DNA of 64,000 nucleotides, taken from NCBI RefSeq assembly GCF_963921235.1, contig NC_086105.1, forward strand, positions 31,186,001 through 31,250,000. The letters run 5' to 3'. A model generated the notes under the pieces. That model saw only the letters and a program-made list of their open reading frames with translations. It was not told the DNA's origin and did not search any database. Positions 51,111-63,379 of the stretch are shown here, in pieces (positions within the stretch are counted from its first letter, which is position 1; each line of letters starts with the position of its first letter). This DNA is from Mobula hypostoma. Lineage: Eukaryota. The position numbers were made by a program, and so were the translations under genes.

Positions 51111-52387
51111 CTGATTGTTACAGCCACACAAAAGGCATTCTGCAGACTCTACCATCAGCTTACCCAAACTGGCAAATGAAACCTTGTTTTAACATGGTAT
51201 TCTTAAAGTGTTACTAAAGTGGTGGTTTAAATCCACACATTTCAATGCAGACAAAAACTCTAAGTAAAGCTGACTAGTGAATCAAATGGTGGATAAATCT
51301 ACACAATCAGTAGTTCTAATTTGACTGAATAAGCACAAGGGCAAATAAGGGCTGTTATCAGTAGATACACAAAGCTATCAATTAATTAATCCCAATGCTA
51401 TTTCCATTATTGTTTGTCTATTCATAGAAGCAGTGCTTATTTTGGATAAGGAATACATTATTTATTTTGTTTTACAGGATCTGAATGCCACTGGCAAAGC
51501 CAGCCTCAATTACCCTTCATAATCTGGTGATAAGGCACTTCCTTGAACTGCTGTAGTGTTTTGGTAAAGGCACACCCACAATGCTTTTATGGACGGAGCT
51601 TCAGGATTTAGACCCAATGATGGAACAGTGATACATTTTCAAGTCAGGAAAATGTTGGAGTAGTTTAGGCAAGTAACTGCAGTGACATTTGAGAAGGGAA
51701 TAAACATTTAGAGTTTATAATGGTCTTTCCTTTTCATCCACTTTTCAGAATTTGGAAGAAATTGTCCACACTGTAAAACTTAATATGTCTGAAGTTGAGT
51801 AAGAAATTGGACAACTTTATAGATTAAAATTCTATTAAAAAATGCAGATTTTGAGAAAATTTGAGAGAGAACTTTTTCCAGTGAGTAATTGGAATCTGGA
51901 ATATAATATCCTGAAGGGGTGATGAGGCAAGTCATCAAAGAATATTTAAATATTTAACTAAGCATTTGAAGCACAATGACAGAAGTCTACCACCCAAATG
52001 TTGGAAACTGGAGTTAGTATAGATAGGCAATTGATGGTCAGCATGGGCACAGTGAGCTTATTTTTGTGCTCTCTAAATCAAGCATTCTTACCTGGTCTAC
52101 TCTCAATAAAGAGAAGAAATTTCACCAATGGGGTTATTGAGAAGCATTTTCTTTCCAAAACATGCTCACTGATGCCCAGCTCAAATTTCATCCAGATTAT
52201 TCAGGTCCAGACCTCATCAGTCTTGGTTCAAAGATGAACCCAAAAGCTGAATTCCAGAGATGATAAAAGATTGAATTAGGATACATACTTGTTGGCCAGC
52301 ACAGGCTTCGTGGGCCAAGTGCCCACTTCCATGCTGATTCACTCATTCCAAAGTTCTGGAAGAAGTTATTTCACCTACTCATTGAAA

Positions 52388-55300
52388 TGAATGTCTGATC
52401 GTGTCCAAGATATCCTGAAGTGGGAAGGTGAGGAGCCAGAGGTCGTGGTACATACAGGTACCAATGACATAGGTAGGAAAAGGGAAGAGGTCCTGAAAGG
52501 ACAGTACAGGGAGTTAGGAAGGGAGTTGAGGAAAAGGACTGCAAAGGTAGTAATCTCGGGATTACTGCCTGTGCCACACGACAGTGAGAGTAGGAATGCA
52601 ATGAGGTGGAGGATAAATGCGTGGCTGAAGGATTAGAGCAGGGAGCAGGGATTCAAGTTTTTGGATCACTGGGACCTCTTTTGGCGCAGGCGTGACCTGT
52701 ACAAAAAGGATGGGTTACACTTGAATCCGAGGGGGACCAATATCCTGGCAGAGGGATTAGCGAGGGCTACTGAGGTGACTTTAAACTAGAATGGTTGGGG
52801 GGTGGGAATCAAATTAAAGAGGCTAGGCGAGAGGAGGTTAGTTCACAACAGGAGAATTGGAACCAGTGCAGAGAGATAGAGGGGTGTAAAATGAGGGTAG
52901 AAGCAAAAAGTAGTAAGGTGAAAAGTAAAAGTGGCAGGCCGACAAATCCAGGGCAAGCATCAAAAAGGGCCACTTTTCAACATAATTGTATAAGGGCTAA
53001 GAGAGTTGTAAAAGCGCGCCTGAAGGCTTTGTGTGTCAATGCAAGGACCATTCGTAACAAGGTGGATGAATTGAAAGTGCAGATTGTTATTAATGATTAT
53101 GATATAGTTGGGATCACAGAGACATGGCTCCAGGGTGACCAAGGATGGGTACTCAACATTCAGGGATATTCAATATTCAGGAGGGATAGACATGAAAGGA
53201 AAGGAAGTGGGGTCGCGTTGCTGGATAGAGAGGAGATTAACGCGATAGAAAGGAAGGACATAAGCCAGGAAGATGTGGAATCGATATGGGTAGAGCTGCA
53301 TAACACTAAGGGGCAGAAAACGCTGGTGGGATTTGTGTACAGGCCACCTAACAGTAGTAGTGAGGTTGGGGATGGTATTAAACAGGAAATTATAAATGTG
53401 TGCAATAAAGGAACAGCAGTTATAATGGGTGACTTCAATCAACATGTAGATTGGGTGAACCAAATTGGTAAGGGTGCTGAGGAAGAGAATTTCTTGGAAT
53501 GTATGCAGGATGGTTTTTTGAACCAACATGTCGAGGAACGAACTAGAGAGCAGGCTATTCTAGACTGGGTATTGAGCAATGAGGAAGGGTTAATTAGCAA
53601 TCTTGTCGTGAGAGGCCCCTTGGGTAAGAGTGACCATAATATGGTGGAATTCTTCATTAAGATGGAGAGTGACATAGTTAATTCAGAAACAAAGGTTCTG
53701 AACTTAAAGAAGGCTAACTTTGAAGGTATGAGACATGAATTAGCTAAGATAGATTGGCAAATGACACTTAAAGGGTTGACGGTGGATATGCAATGGCAAG
53801 CATTTAAAGATCGCATGGATGAACTACAACAATTGTGCATCCCAGTTTGGCAAAAGAATAAATCAAGGAAAGTAGTGCACCCGTGGCTGACAAGGAAAAT
53901 TAAGGATAGTATCAATTCCAAAGAAGAAGCATACAAGTTAGCCAGAAAAAGTGGCTCACCTGAGGACTGGGAGAAATTCAGAGTTCAGCAGAGGAGGACA
54001 AAGGGCTTAATTAGGAAGGGGAAAAAAAGATTATGAGAGAAAACCGGCGGGGAACATAAAAACGGACTGTAAAAGCTTTTATAGATATGTGAAAAGAAAA
54101 AGATTGGTTAAGACAAACGTAGGTCCCCTACAAACAGAAACAGGTGAATTGATTATGGGGAGCAAGGACATGGCAGACCAACTGAATAATTACTTTGGTT
54201 CTCTCTTCACTAAGGAGGACATAAATAATCTTCCGGAAATAGTAGGGGACAGAGGGTCCAGTGAGATGGAGGAACTGAGGGAAATACATGTTAGTAGGGA
54301 AGTGGTGTTAGGTAAATTGAAGGGATTAAAGGCAGATAAATCCCCAGGGCCAGATGGTCTGCATCCCAGAGTGCTTAAGGAGGTAGCCCAAGAAATAGTG
54401 GATGCATTAGTGATAATTTTTCAAAACTCGTTAGATTCTGGACTAGTTCCTGAGGATTGGAGGGTGGCTAATGTAACCCCACTTTTTAAAAAAGGAGGGA
54501 GAGAGAAACCAGGGAATTATAGACCGGTTAGCCTGACATCGGTGGTGGGGAAAATGCTAGAGTTAGTTATCAAAGATGTGATAACTGCACATTTGGAAAG
54601 CGGTGAAATCATCGGACAAAGTCAGCATGGATTTGTGAAAGGAAAATCATGTCTGACGAATCTCATAGAATTTTTTGAGGATGTAACTAGTAGAGTGGAT
54701 AGGGGAGAACCAGTGGATGTGGTATATTTGGATTTTCAAAAGGCTTTTGACAAGGTCCCACACAGGAGATTAGTGTGCAAACTTAAAGCACACGGTATTG
54801 GGGGTAAGGTATTGATGTGGATAGAGAATTGGTTGGCAGACAAGAAGTAAGGAGTGGGAATAAACGGGACCTTTTCAGGATGGCAGGCAGTGACTAGTGG
54901 GGTACTGCAAGGCTCAGTGCTGGGACCCCAGTTGTTTACAATATATAGTAATGACTTGGATGAGGGAATTAAATGCAGCATCTCCAAGTTTGTGGATGAC
55001 ACGAAGCTGGGCGGCAGTGTTAGCTGTGAGGAGGATGCTAAGAGGATGCAGGGTGACTTGGATAGGTTAAGTGAGTGGGCAAATTCATGGCAGGTGAAAT
55101 TTAATGTGGATAAATGTGAAGTTATCCACTTTGGTGGCAAAAACAGGAAAAGAGATTATTATCTGAATGGTGGCCGATTAGGAAAAGGGGAGGTGCAACG
55201 AGACCTGGGTGTCATTATACATCAGTCATTGAAAGTGGGCATGCAGGTACAGCAGGCGGTGAAAAAGGCGAATGGTATGCTGGCATTTATAGCAAGAGGA

Positions 55301-55910
55301 TTCGAGTACAGGAGCAGGGAGGTACTACTGCAGTTGTACAAGGCCTTGGTGAGACCACACCTGGAGTATTGTGTGCAGTTTTGGTCCCCTAATCTGAGGA
55401 AAGACATCCTTGCCATAGAGGGAGTACAAAGAAGGTTCACCAGATTGATTCCTGGGATGGTAGGACTCTCATATGATGAAAGACTGGATGAACTAGGCTT
55501 ATACTCATTAAAATTTAGAAGATTGAGGGGGGATCTGATTGAAACGTATAAAATCCTAAAGGGATTGGACAGGCTAGATGCAGGAAGATTGTTCCCGATG
55601 TTGGGGAGGTCCAGAACGAGGGGTCACAGTTTGAGGATAAAGGGGAAACCTTTTAGGACCGAGATTAGGAAAAACTTCTTCACACAGAGAGTGGTGAATC
55701 TGTGGAATTCTCTGCCACAGGAAACAGTTGAGGCCAGTTCATTGGCTATATTTAAGAGGGAGTTAGATATGGCCCTTGTGGCTAAAGGGATCAGGGGGAA
55801 TGGACGGAAGGCTGGTGCAGGGTTCTGAGTTGGATGATCAGCCATGATCATACTGAATGGCGGTGCAGGCTCGAAGGGCCTACTCCTGCACCTATTTTCT
55901 ATGTTTCTAT
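52388..55910 (+). mobile_element. CR1 LINE: ORF1 SGNH-esterase end plus ORF2 (APE plus RT) with few disruptions
   Basis: VVVH.GTNDI and DGLHLN in ORF1. ITETWL, GDFN, SDH, PGPDG, NYRPVSLTS, QHGF, DF.KAFD, QGSVLGP and FVDD in ORF2. Frameshift near 54030, stop at 54848, tail ttctatgtttctat. Confidence 0.95.
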
Positions 55911-56019
55911 AAACAAAGATGGGAAACACATTAAAATTTAGAGAAAAGGTGCAAAAAAAAAGTAACCAAGTCCAATGGATTATTAACCATTATCTGAAAA
56001 GGTGTTGGGATAAAACCAA

Positions 56020-56695
56020 AATGCAATAGCTCCCTGAAAGTGGCTACCCAGGTTGACAGGGTAGTTACGAAGTCATGTGGCATGTTTACTTTTATTAGTT
56101 GAGGCACTGACTTCAAAAGTTAGGAAGTTATGTTGCAGCTTTATAAAACTCTAGTTAGGCCACATCTGGAGCATGCACACAGTTCTGGTCACCCCATTAT
56201 AGGGAGGATGTTGAGGCTTTGGAGAGGCTGCAGTAGAGGTTTACCAGGATGCTGCCTGGTTTAAAGAGCATGTTCTATAATAATAGGTTGGACAGACTTG
56301 GGTTGTTTTCTCTGGGCAGCAGAGGCTGAGGGGATTTATTAGAGTTTCATAAGAGAGGCAGTCTATTTTTCCCAGGTTTGAAATGTTTAACACCAGAGGA
56401 CATGCATCTAAGGCGAGAAGGGGTAGGTTCAAAGTAGATGTGAGGTGCATTTATTTTTTTTAAAATATAAACACAGAGTGGTGGGTACCTGGAATGTGCT
56501 GCCTGGGATGGTGGTACATTAGGGACTTTTAGGAGACTCTTAGATAGGCACATGGATGGGAGGGAAATGATATGAACATTGTGTACGCAGAAGGAATTAC
56601 TTTAGCTGGTCATTAGATTACTAATTTAATCGGTTCGGCACATCATTGTGGGTAGAGGCCTGTTTCTGTGCTGTGCTGTACTGTTCTATGTTCTG
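56020..56695 (+). mobile_element. Older CR1 3' fragment
   Basis: LYKTLVRPHLE..QFWSP.YR.D..ALE remnants and a gttctatgttct tail. Confidence 0.75.
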
Positions 56696-57184
56696 TTTCA
56701 GATGTACAAAATCCAAACAAAGCACAAGCTGGATTTATAGCGTCGTGCATGTTGAAAAAAATGATCACCTTTTGGGAGAATACAGTGTAGTTTCAGCGGT
56801 ATATACAGGCTGAGAGTTAAATTATGGAAATAAGCTCTGCAAGTTTATTTGGAAGTTCTAGAGTGTTGAAAGTTGAGAATGGGCTCACCATGATTTTTCT
56901 TTTGATAGAAAAACTGCTTCCTCTAGTGGCAGAATTCAGAACAACAGACAATAATCTAAACAAATCAAATTCATGAGGAAGCCTTTCCCTACCCGTGGTC
57001 CAATCTTCACAATAATTACCTGAAAATTTCTGCAGCCATTGGGATAAACAGAGCCTCAACCGGATCTGTTTATCCCAAGTATTCAAGGATCTCGATACTT
57101 ACTTTCAGCGATTTCTCGATTTCACTGATCATTTTGATAGCAGTGTACGTCCCATCACAGGCCAATGTGGAGCACACTCTAGAC

Positions 57185-57243
57185 GAGGGGTTCCCAACCT
57201 TTTTTATGCCATGGTCCGTGGACCCCCAGGCCAGGAACCCCTG
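57185..57243. mobile_element. 59-bp hAT/Charlie MITE
   Basis: Imperfect terminal inverted repeats aggggttcc..cct / agg..ggaacccct; 8-bp TSD ctctagac / ctctaggc (NTCTAGAN type). Confidence 0.8.
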
Positions 57244-58257
57244 CTCTAGGCAGACTGAGCGATGTGATCCACAGACATGAAACGGCACATCCTGATGCTT
57301 TCCCCATCATTTTGGGGTATTTTAACCAGGTCAGCTTGAAAAATCTCTAAATAATTATTACCAGCAAATCACTTGTAGTTCTAGAGGAAGCAAAACACTG
57401 AACCACTGTTACACCACAATCAAGAGTTTCACCATGATATTCCAAACCCACCCTTCAGAAAGTCTAATCACCTGGCTACACTTCTACTCTCTGACTATAG
57501 GCAGAGACTGAAGACTGCAGCACCAGTGATGAGGACCAAGAAGGTACGGACAAGGGAGGTATAGGAGCGCTTACAGGGCTGCTTTGGGTCAGTGGACTGT
57601 ATTCAGGGATTCATCTTCAAGTCTGAATAAGTACGTCACAGCTCACTGTGACATTAAGACCTGTGTGGAGGAGTGTGTGACTACGAGAATTTGCTGTACA
57701 TACCCAAATCAAAAGCTAGGAGGTTCGTAGTCTCTGAGGGCTACAGCTGTGGCATTAAAGTCTAGCGACCCACGTCTAGGCAAGATTACCAAGTACAACT
57801 TGCGGAGGGCTATTTCAAGAGCTAAGGAGGTTCTCAGCCCAAAACAACAACTATTTATTTTTTCCATTGATGCTGAGTTCCTCCAGCATTTTGTGTGTAT
57901 TGCTTGAACAATTCCATGCAAGGTTGGAGGCAACATCGGATGCATGTCAACTCTGACAGGGTTGGCAGGCCATTACTTCCTACAAAGCAAAACCCAACAT
58001 CACAAAAGGCAGTGATGCTTCACTCTCAGACAAGCTCAACACCTTTTATGTTCACTTTAAAAGGGAGAATAAAAATACTGCTATAGGGATCCCTGCAGCA
58101 CCCAAAGACCCTGTGATCTCTGTCTTGGAGGCCGCATCAGGAGGGTGAACCCTGGCAAGGTGACAGGCCCAACAGAGTACCTGGCTAGGCTCTGAAAACC
58201 TGTGCCAACCAACTAGTAGGGGTGTTCAAAGACAATCTTAATCTCTCATTGCTATAG

Positions 58258-58511
58258 GTCAGCTGGTGGCGCAGTGAGATCAGCACCAGGCTTGAGAACA
58301 GAGGTTCCCAAGTTCGATCCTATAACAGACCGCCCCCGTGTGCGCTCTCCTTCCTCGCCAGGTTGATAATGAGCTCGCAACTCGGCCTCGTAAAATAATA
58401 CTACGAAGTGTCTGTGTGAGGAGTGGCGCCCCAAACAGCCTTTCAGACTGCACCTTGTAAGGCATGAAAGTGCCCAACGCTAGCCTGTCAGGTCTGAGTC
58501 GATGTCATCAT
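58258..58511 (+). mobile_element. tRNA-derived SINE
   Basis: A-box TGGCGCAGTGAG at 58267-58278, B-box GTTCGATCC at 58312-58320, (cat)n tail, imperfect TSD cattgctatag / catcgctgtag. Confidence 0.8.
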
Positions 58512-58860
58512 CATCGCTGTAGTCGGAGGTTCCCACCTGCTTCAAAAGGGCAACAATTTGACCAGAGGCCAAGATGATTAGAGTGAGCTGCCTTAACGTC
58601 TATCATCCAGTAGCACTCACATCTATGGTAATGAAGTGCTTTGAGAAGTCATAATGCTTTGAGAAGTCATTTATGCCTAGAATCAACACCCGTCTCAGCA
58701 AGGACCTGGACCCACTGCAATTTGCCCGTCGCCATAATAGGTCAATAGCAGACACAATCTCACTGGCTCTCCACGTGCCCTTGGAGCACCTGGACAATAC
58801 AAATACCTATATCAGGATGCTGTTTGTTGACTAAAGTTCAGCATTTAACACCATAATTTC

Positions 58861-61610
58861 TTTTTTTTTAATATAATTTTTATTAAATTTTCAAAATGAA
58901 TACATAGAAAATAAAATCTACCCTTCCCCCTCCCCTTAACCACCCCCCCCATATATAGTCCTACCTAAAAAGAAAAGAAGAAAAAAAAAAGGAACCGCCT
59001 GGGTATTGGAAGGTTTCCACATGCTCCATGGGATTCAAAATAAATTTAATATACTTATTCATTAGTTTCCCCAAGGGACCAAGATCTTTATCGGAGCAAT
59101 TAAATATGCCATCCTATCTTTTGTAAATAAGGGCGCCAGATATTCAAAAATGTTCCATAATTATAAGTAATTTTTTTCGAATGGAATAGACCTAGCCATT
59201 TCATTGTTCCAATGATTCATACTTAAATACGAATCAGATTTCCAAGTAACAACTATAGTCTTCTTAGCTACTGCCAATGCAATTTTTATAAATTCTTTCT
59301 GATACTTATTCCATTTAAGTTTTGGCTTTATCCCTTCAATATCACCTAGTAAAAATAATACAGGGTTATGTGGAAGTTGAGTTCCAGTAATTTGTCCCAA
59401 TAAGACTCTTAAATTTATCCAAAAGGGTTGAATTTTAAAACAAGATCAAGTAGAATGTAAAAAAGTAACCAATTTCTTGATTACACCGAAAGCATTTATC
59501 AGATAGGTTTGAATTTAATCTATCTATTTTTTGTGGTGTAATATATAATTGGTGTAAAAAGTTATATTATACTAATCTAAGTCAAACATTTATTGTATTT
59601 GTCATACTGTCAAGGCACAGTCTTGACCAATTTGTTTCATCAATATTAATATTCAGATCTGTTTCCCATTCTTGTTTTGACTTAAAAATTGCTACTCCCC
59701 ACTACAACACTACCCACCCAATCTCTCTTTAATTTCTAATGTTCTGTTTCTGTTAAATGCGTTTCCTGTAAAAAGGCTGAATCTATCCTCATTTTCTTAA
59801 TATGTGTTAAGATTCTTTTTCTTTTCACTGGTCCATTATGCCCATTAACACTCAAAAAATTCAATAAATTAGTCATTATTTTTAACAAAGTTACTCCAAT
59901 CTAAAACATTACTTAGCTTCTCAACTCTCATAGTTCCTTGGGGAATCTCTTTGAACTTCACCATGTTGCTATGCGTTCCCCTCCCAATCATCCAGGCAAA
60001 AAGAAAAAAAAGATAGATGAGATATAAAAAAAAAGAAAAAACAAAATACCCCCCCACTAATGTTGTGAATGAAAGGATACACAACACTACCCCCCTCCAT
60101 TTTGCGGGTCGTGGCTGGAGCCACGCTTGCACACATGATTAGCGTAGCAATTGATCAGTGCTTCTTCCAGCTCCCCCGTAACAAAAAAAATTATATTATA
60201 TAAAAAAATTAATGTTACTATTCTCAACTAGTATTCCTCAAATTTTAACCTGACTTCCCCTCCCTCATATAATTAGTAATATATTTATATATTCATCCGC
60301 CTTCAAAAATCCAACAAGTCCATTCTTTGACCCAGTCTTCTTCTTCAATCCATCTCGCTCCCCAGGTTTTGTTCTTGTACCTGGTGAATATTCAGGGAGT
60401 CTTGCACAAACTGCTCCACTTTCTGATAATCGTCAAAAAATCTTTTTTCTCCACCAGTCAAAAAAATCTTCAAGTTTGCAGGGTAACGCAATATAAAATG
60501 ATAACCGTGATCCCATAGGATTTTTTTCACTGGATTGAATTTCTTCCTTCTCTTCAAAAGTTCATAACTTTTGTCAGGGTAGAAAAAAATTTTGTTCCCT
60601 TGAATCATGAATGGCCTTTTTCTATTCTTGGCAGCTGCCTGTAGAATCCTTTCCTTGTCTTGAAATCTTAAGAATTTTATTAAAATTGCTCGTGGATATT
60701 GGTCATCTTGTGGTTTTGGTCTTAGAACTCTATGTGCCCGCTCAATTTCAATTAATCGGTCCTCCTCTTTCATTTGCAAAACTTCCGGGATCCATCTTTG
60801 AAAAAATTTTATTGGATTTCCTCCCTCCATACCTTCTTTAAGACCAACAATTTTAATATTATTACGTCTACTAAAATTTTCCAACATGTCCACTTTCTCC
60901 AAGAGTCGATTTCTTTCCGTGTTCCAGACAAGCAGATCATTTTCTGTTTTTTCCACTCTATCATTAATATGCTCCATTTTTCTTTCCATCTCCTGAAGCT
61001 TCTTATCCATTTTATCCTGTCTTTTCATAGCCTTATTTTAGCATATCTTCATGTCTCTAAGCTCTGCTCTTACTTTTCTTACTTCAGCCGTTAATTGCAA
61101 TAAAGTCTCTCTTATATCTCCATCATCTCCTTTAGTTCCAATCTCTTCCAGTTCTTCCTCCTCTTCTTCTTCTGTATTCTCTGCGGTATCCGATTCTGAC
61201 TCTGAGTCACTTTCAGTTGCAGTGGCTGTCGGTTCTTGTAGTTTGAGTTGTATCGATTTGCGCATGTCCGGCACCTTCTTCCGAGAGACCGCTACCGCCG
61301 CCATTGCTCCCTGTTCTACAGCGGAGATAGAACGCATCTCCTCCAAAAGAGATCTAACCTGAGTCCGAGGCTCCATCGCTACAGTAGGCCCTTTTTTCTT
61401 CCCATCTCGCGGCGGCTTCGCAACAACAGACTTCTCCTGTTGCGGTTTAGGAGGCATATCGTAAAGTAGTCTTGCAAAGTTATAAATAGTTTTTGGAAAG
61501 TATTTATTAACTTTGTTTTGTTTAAACGGTACTTTGCTAATTTTTTTTTAATGGGAGAGCTGGATTTACACGTCTCAATCCCACGTCATCACGTGACGCC
61601 CCCCCCCCCA
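58861..61610 (-). mobile_element. Complete-ended L1-derived element with ORF1 and an internally deleted ORF2
   Basis: ORF1 at 61457-60345 (LEN.SRRNNIKIVGL.EG, IERAHR, PR.ILIKFL, FYPD; one break near 61035). ORF2 ATG at 59876 (..AFLQETHL) jumps near 59685 to the C-terminal C..C region. Poly(A) tail; TSD accatRatttc at 58850-58860 and 61611-61621. Confidence 0.9.
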
Positions 61611-63379
61611 ACCATGATTTCTATAGTTCTGATCAACAAGCTCTAAAACCTGGGCCTCTGTACCTCCCTCTGCAACTAGATCCTGGACTTCCTAACCGGA
61701 ATACCACAATCTGTGCAGTTTGAAAATAACATCATCTTCTCACTAACAATCAACACTGTCAACAAAGTCATAATTGAAAGCAACAGTTGAATCATCATCT
61801 AATTGAATGACACACCTCGTTCGCGAAGCTGAAGAGTTACATTCTAGTGGAATCAGATAAAGAAAGCAGATTTTCTGAAGATTTTTTAAAAAGCCAACAG
61901 CCCAAGAAACTAGTCATAATGGGCCCTAACAATGTTAAACCCGAGGCTTCAATAATTAGACTGCAAATAGAATATATATATTCCCCCTTTCAGTTCTTAA
62001 GTATAAATTTCAATATTATAAACCAACTACATTAAACCAGTTATTCTTAGGATAATAGTTTCTGTACATTAGTAATAAAGCATGGGAACAGGTCCGTGTT
62101 TGTCAAAATACTCCATCCAAGCTAGTCCCATTTCCAAACATTTGCCCGATACTCTAAATCTATCCAATCTATGTACTAATCTAACTTTCTTTGAAAAAGC
62201 CTCAGCCACTTAAACTGGCAGCTCATTCCACATAGATACAACCCTTTGTTTAAAAGAAGTTACTCTAAATTTTAAAAAAACATCTGAGCAATAATTCAGA
62301 AGACTTTATCTGAGAGCAGTGTTTGTATTTCAGAGAAAGGACACTATAAAAAAAAAATCCCCTTTCCCAATTATAAAGAATTTCATCTCGAATAAAATCA
62401 TAAAAGAATATTTTAGGGAAAGGTCACACATAGCTCATTTGTGGTTCAATAGTCATTACATTAATGATTTTTAAAAATATGCACCTGTTTTTAAATGTAG
62501 TATTTGTGCCTTTGTAATGATTGTGATGATCAATTGCTACAGCAGTTTCTTTCCCCGAGTATCTTGCTGCATCAATCTGTGAAGAGATGTTGAATATTTC
62601 TTATATCCCAATTCTTGAATTTAACATTACCCTATTACAATAATCTACCATTTAATTTAACTTATTTTGTTTTCAACAAACCTCACATTCATTAAGTGTT
62701 GCAACAAATTATGCCTCCAGCTGAGGGATGCAACTTCATCTCCTCAAAGTTAAACTACTTTTTTTTCCTTTTTTTTAACAATTTAATTGTGTTTTGTTCT
62801 GGACCACACTACTTCATAAAAGTTCTTTGGGTGCTTTCCAGCTATTTATAATTACAAGTAAATAAGTATTTCAAGTTGTTACAATTTTCTATCGTTATTT
62901 GATAATAAAAAGGAGTAGTTTGTTCCACAGAGTTATACGGTACAGAATTACCTCGGTTGAATGAATTCCTTCCATTAAACAATTCATATTCTTATTCCTT
63001 GCTACATTGCGCTGGCCTACGCAATATGCCCGCTGTTTTTCTTAACCAATAACCATAGTATTTTTGACTCACGCAGCTTCTACGACCACCATTATACTAC
63101 TCTTCTCCCATATAACACTGACAAATATAACGCTCTTCTCCGGGACACCATTTTCAGTTCCTAGCAGTATTAATTAATACTACCTCCATGTTCAATCATT
63201 TAACAGCAATCCCTCCCTCCCTCCCCGTTCCTGGCTGCATTTTCTGTAATCAACCTGTAACTTTCCTTTCCAGCCCGCACACCTTTAGACTGCATTCCGA
63301 CCACAGTATCACTGTTAAAGAACATGGGAAGCCCATGGCCGGATAAATACTACCTTTTCAGCAACATGACAGCAGCTGG

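Larger units (their letters stand above)
57150..61760 (+). mobile_element. Decayed Rex1/Babar LINE hosting a MITE, a Penelope bit (about 57830-57908), a SINE and an L1
   Basis: Similarity to 43400-44900 (LDPLQFA, LA.H..L.HLD, SAFNTI); resumes at 61611 (L.LCTSLCN.ILDFLT). Confidence 0.75.

Noticed and set aside
58258-58330. tRNA gene
   Set aside because: Only A/B boxes are evident; it continues into a SINE body and tail and interrupts a LINE.
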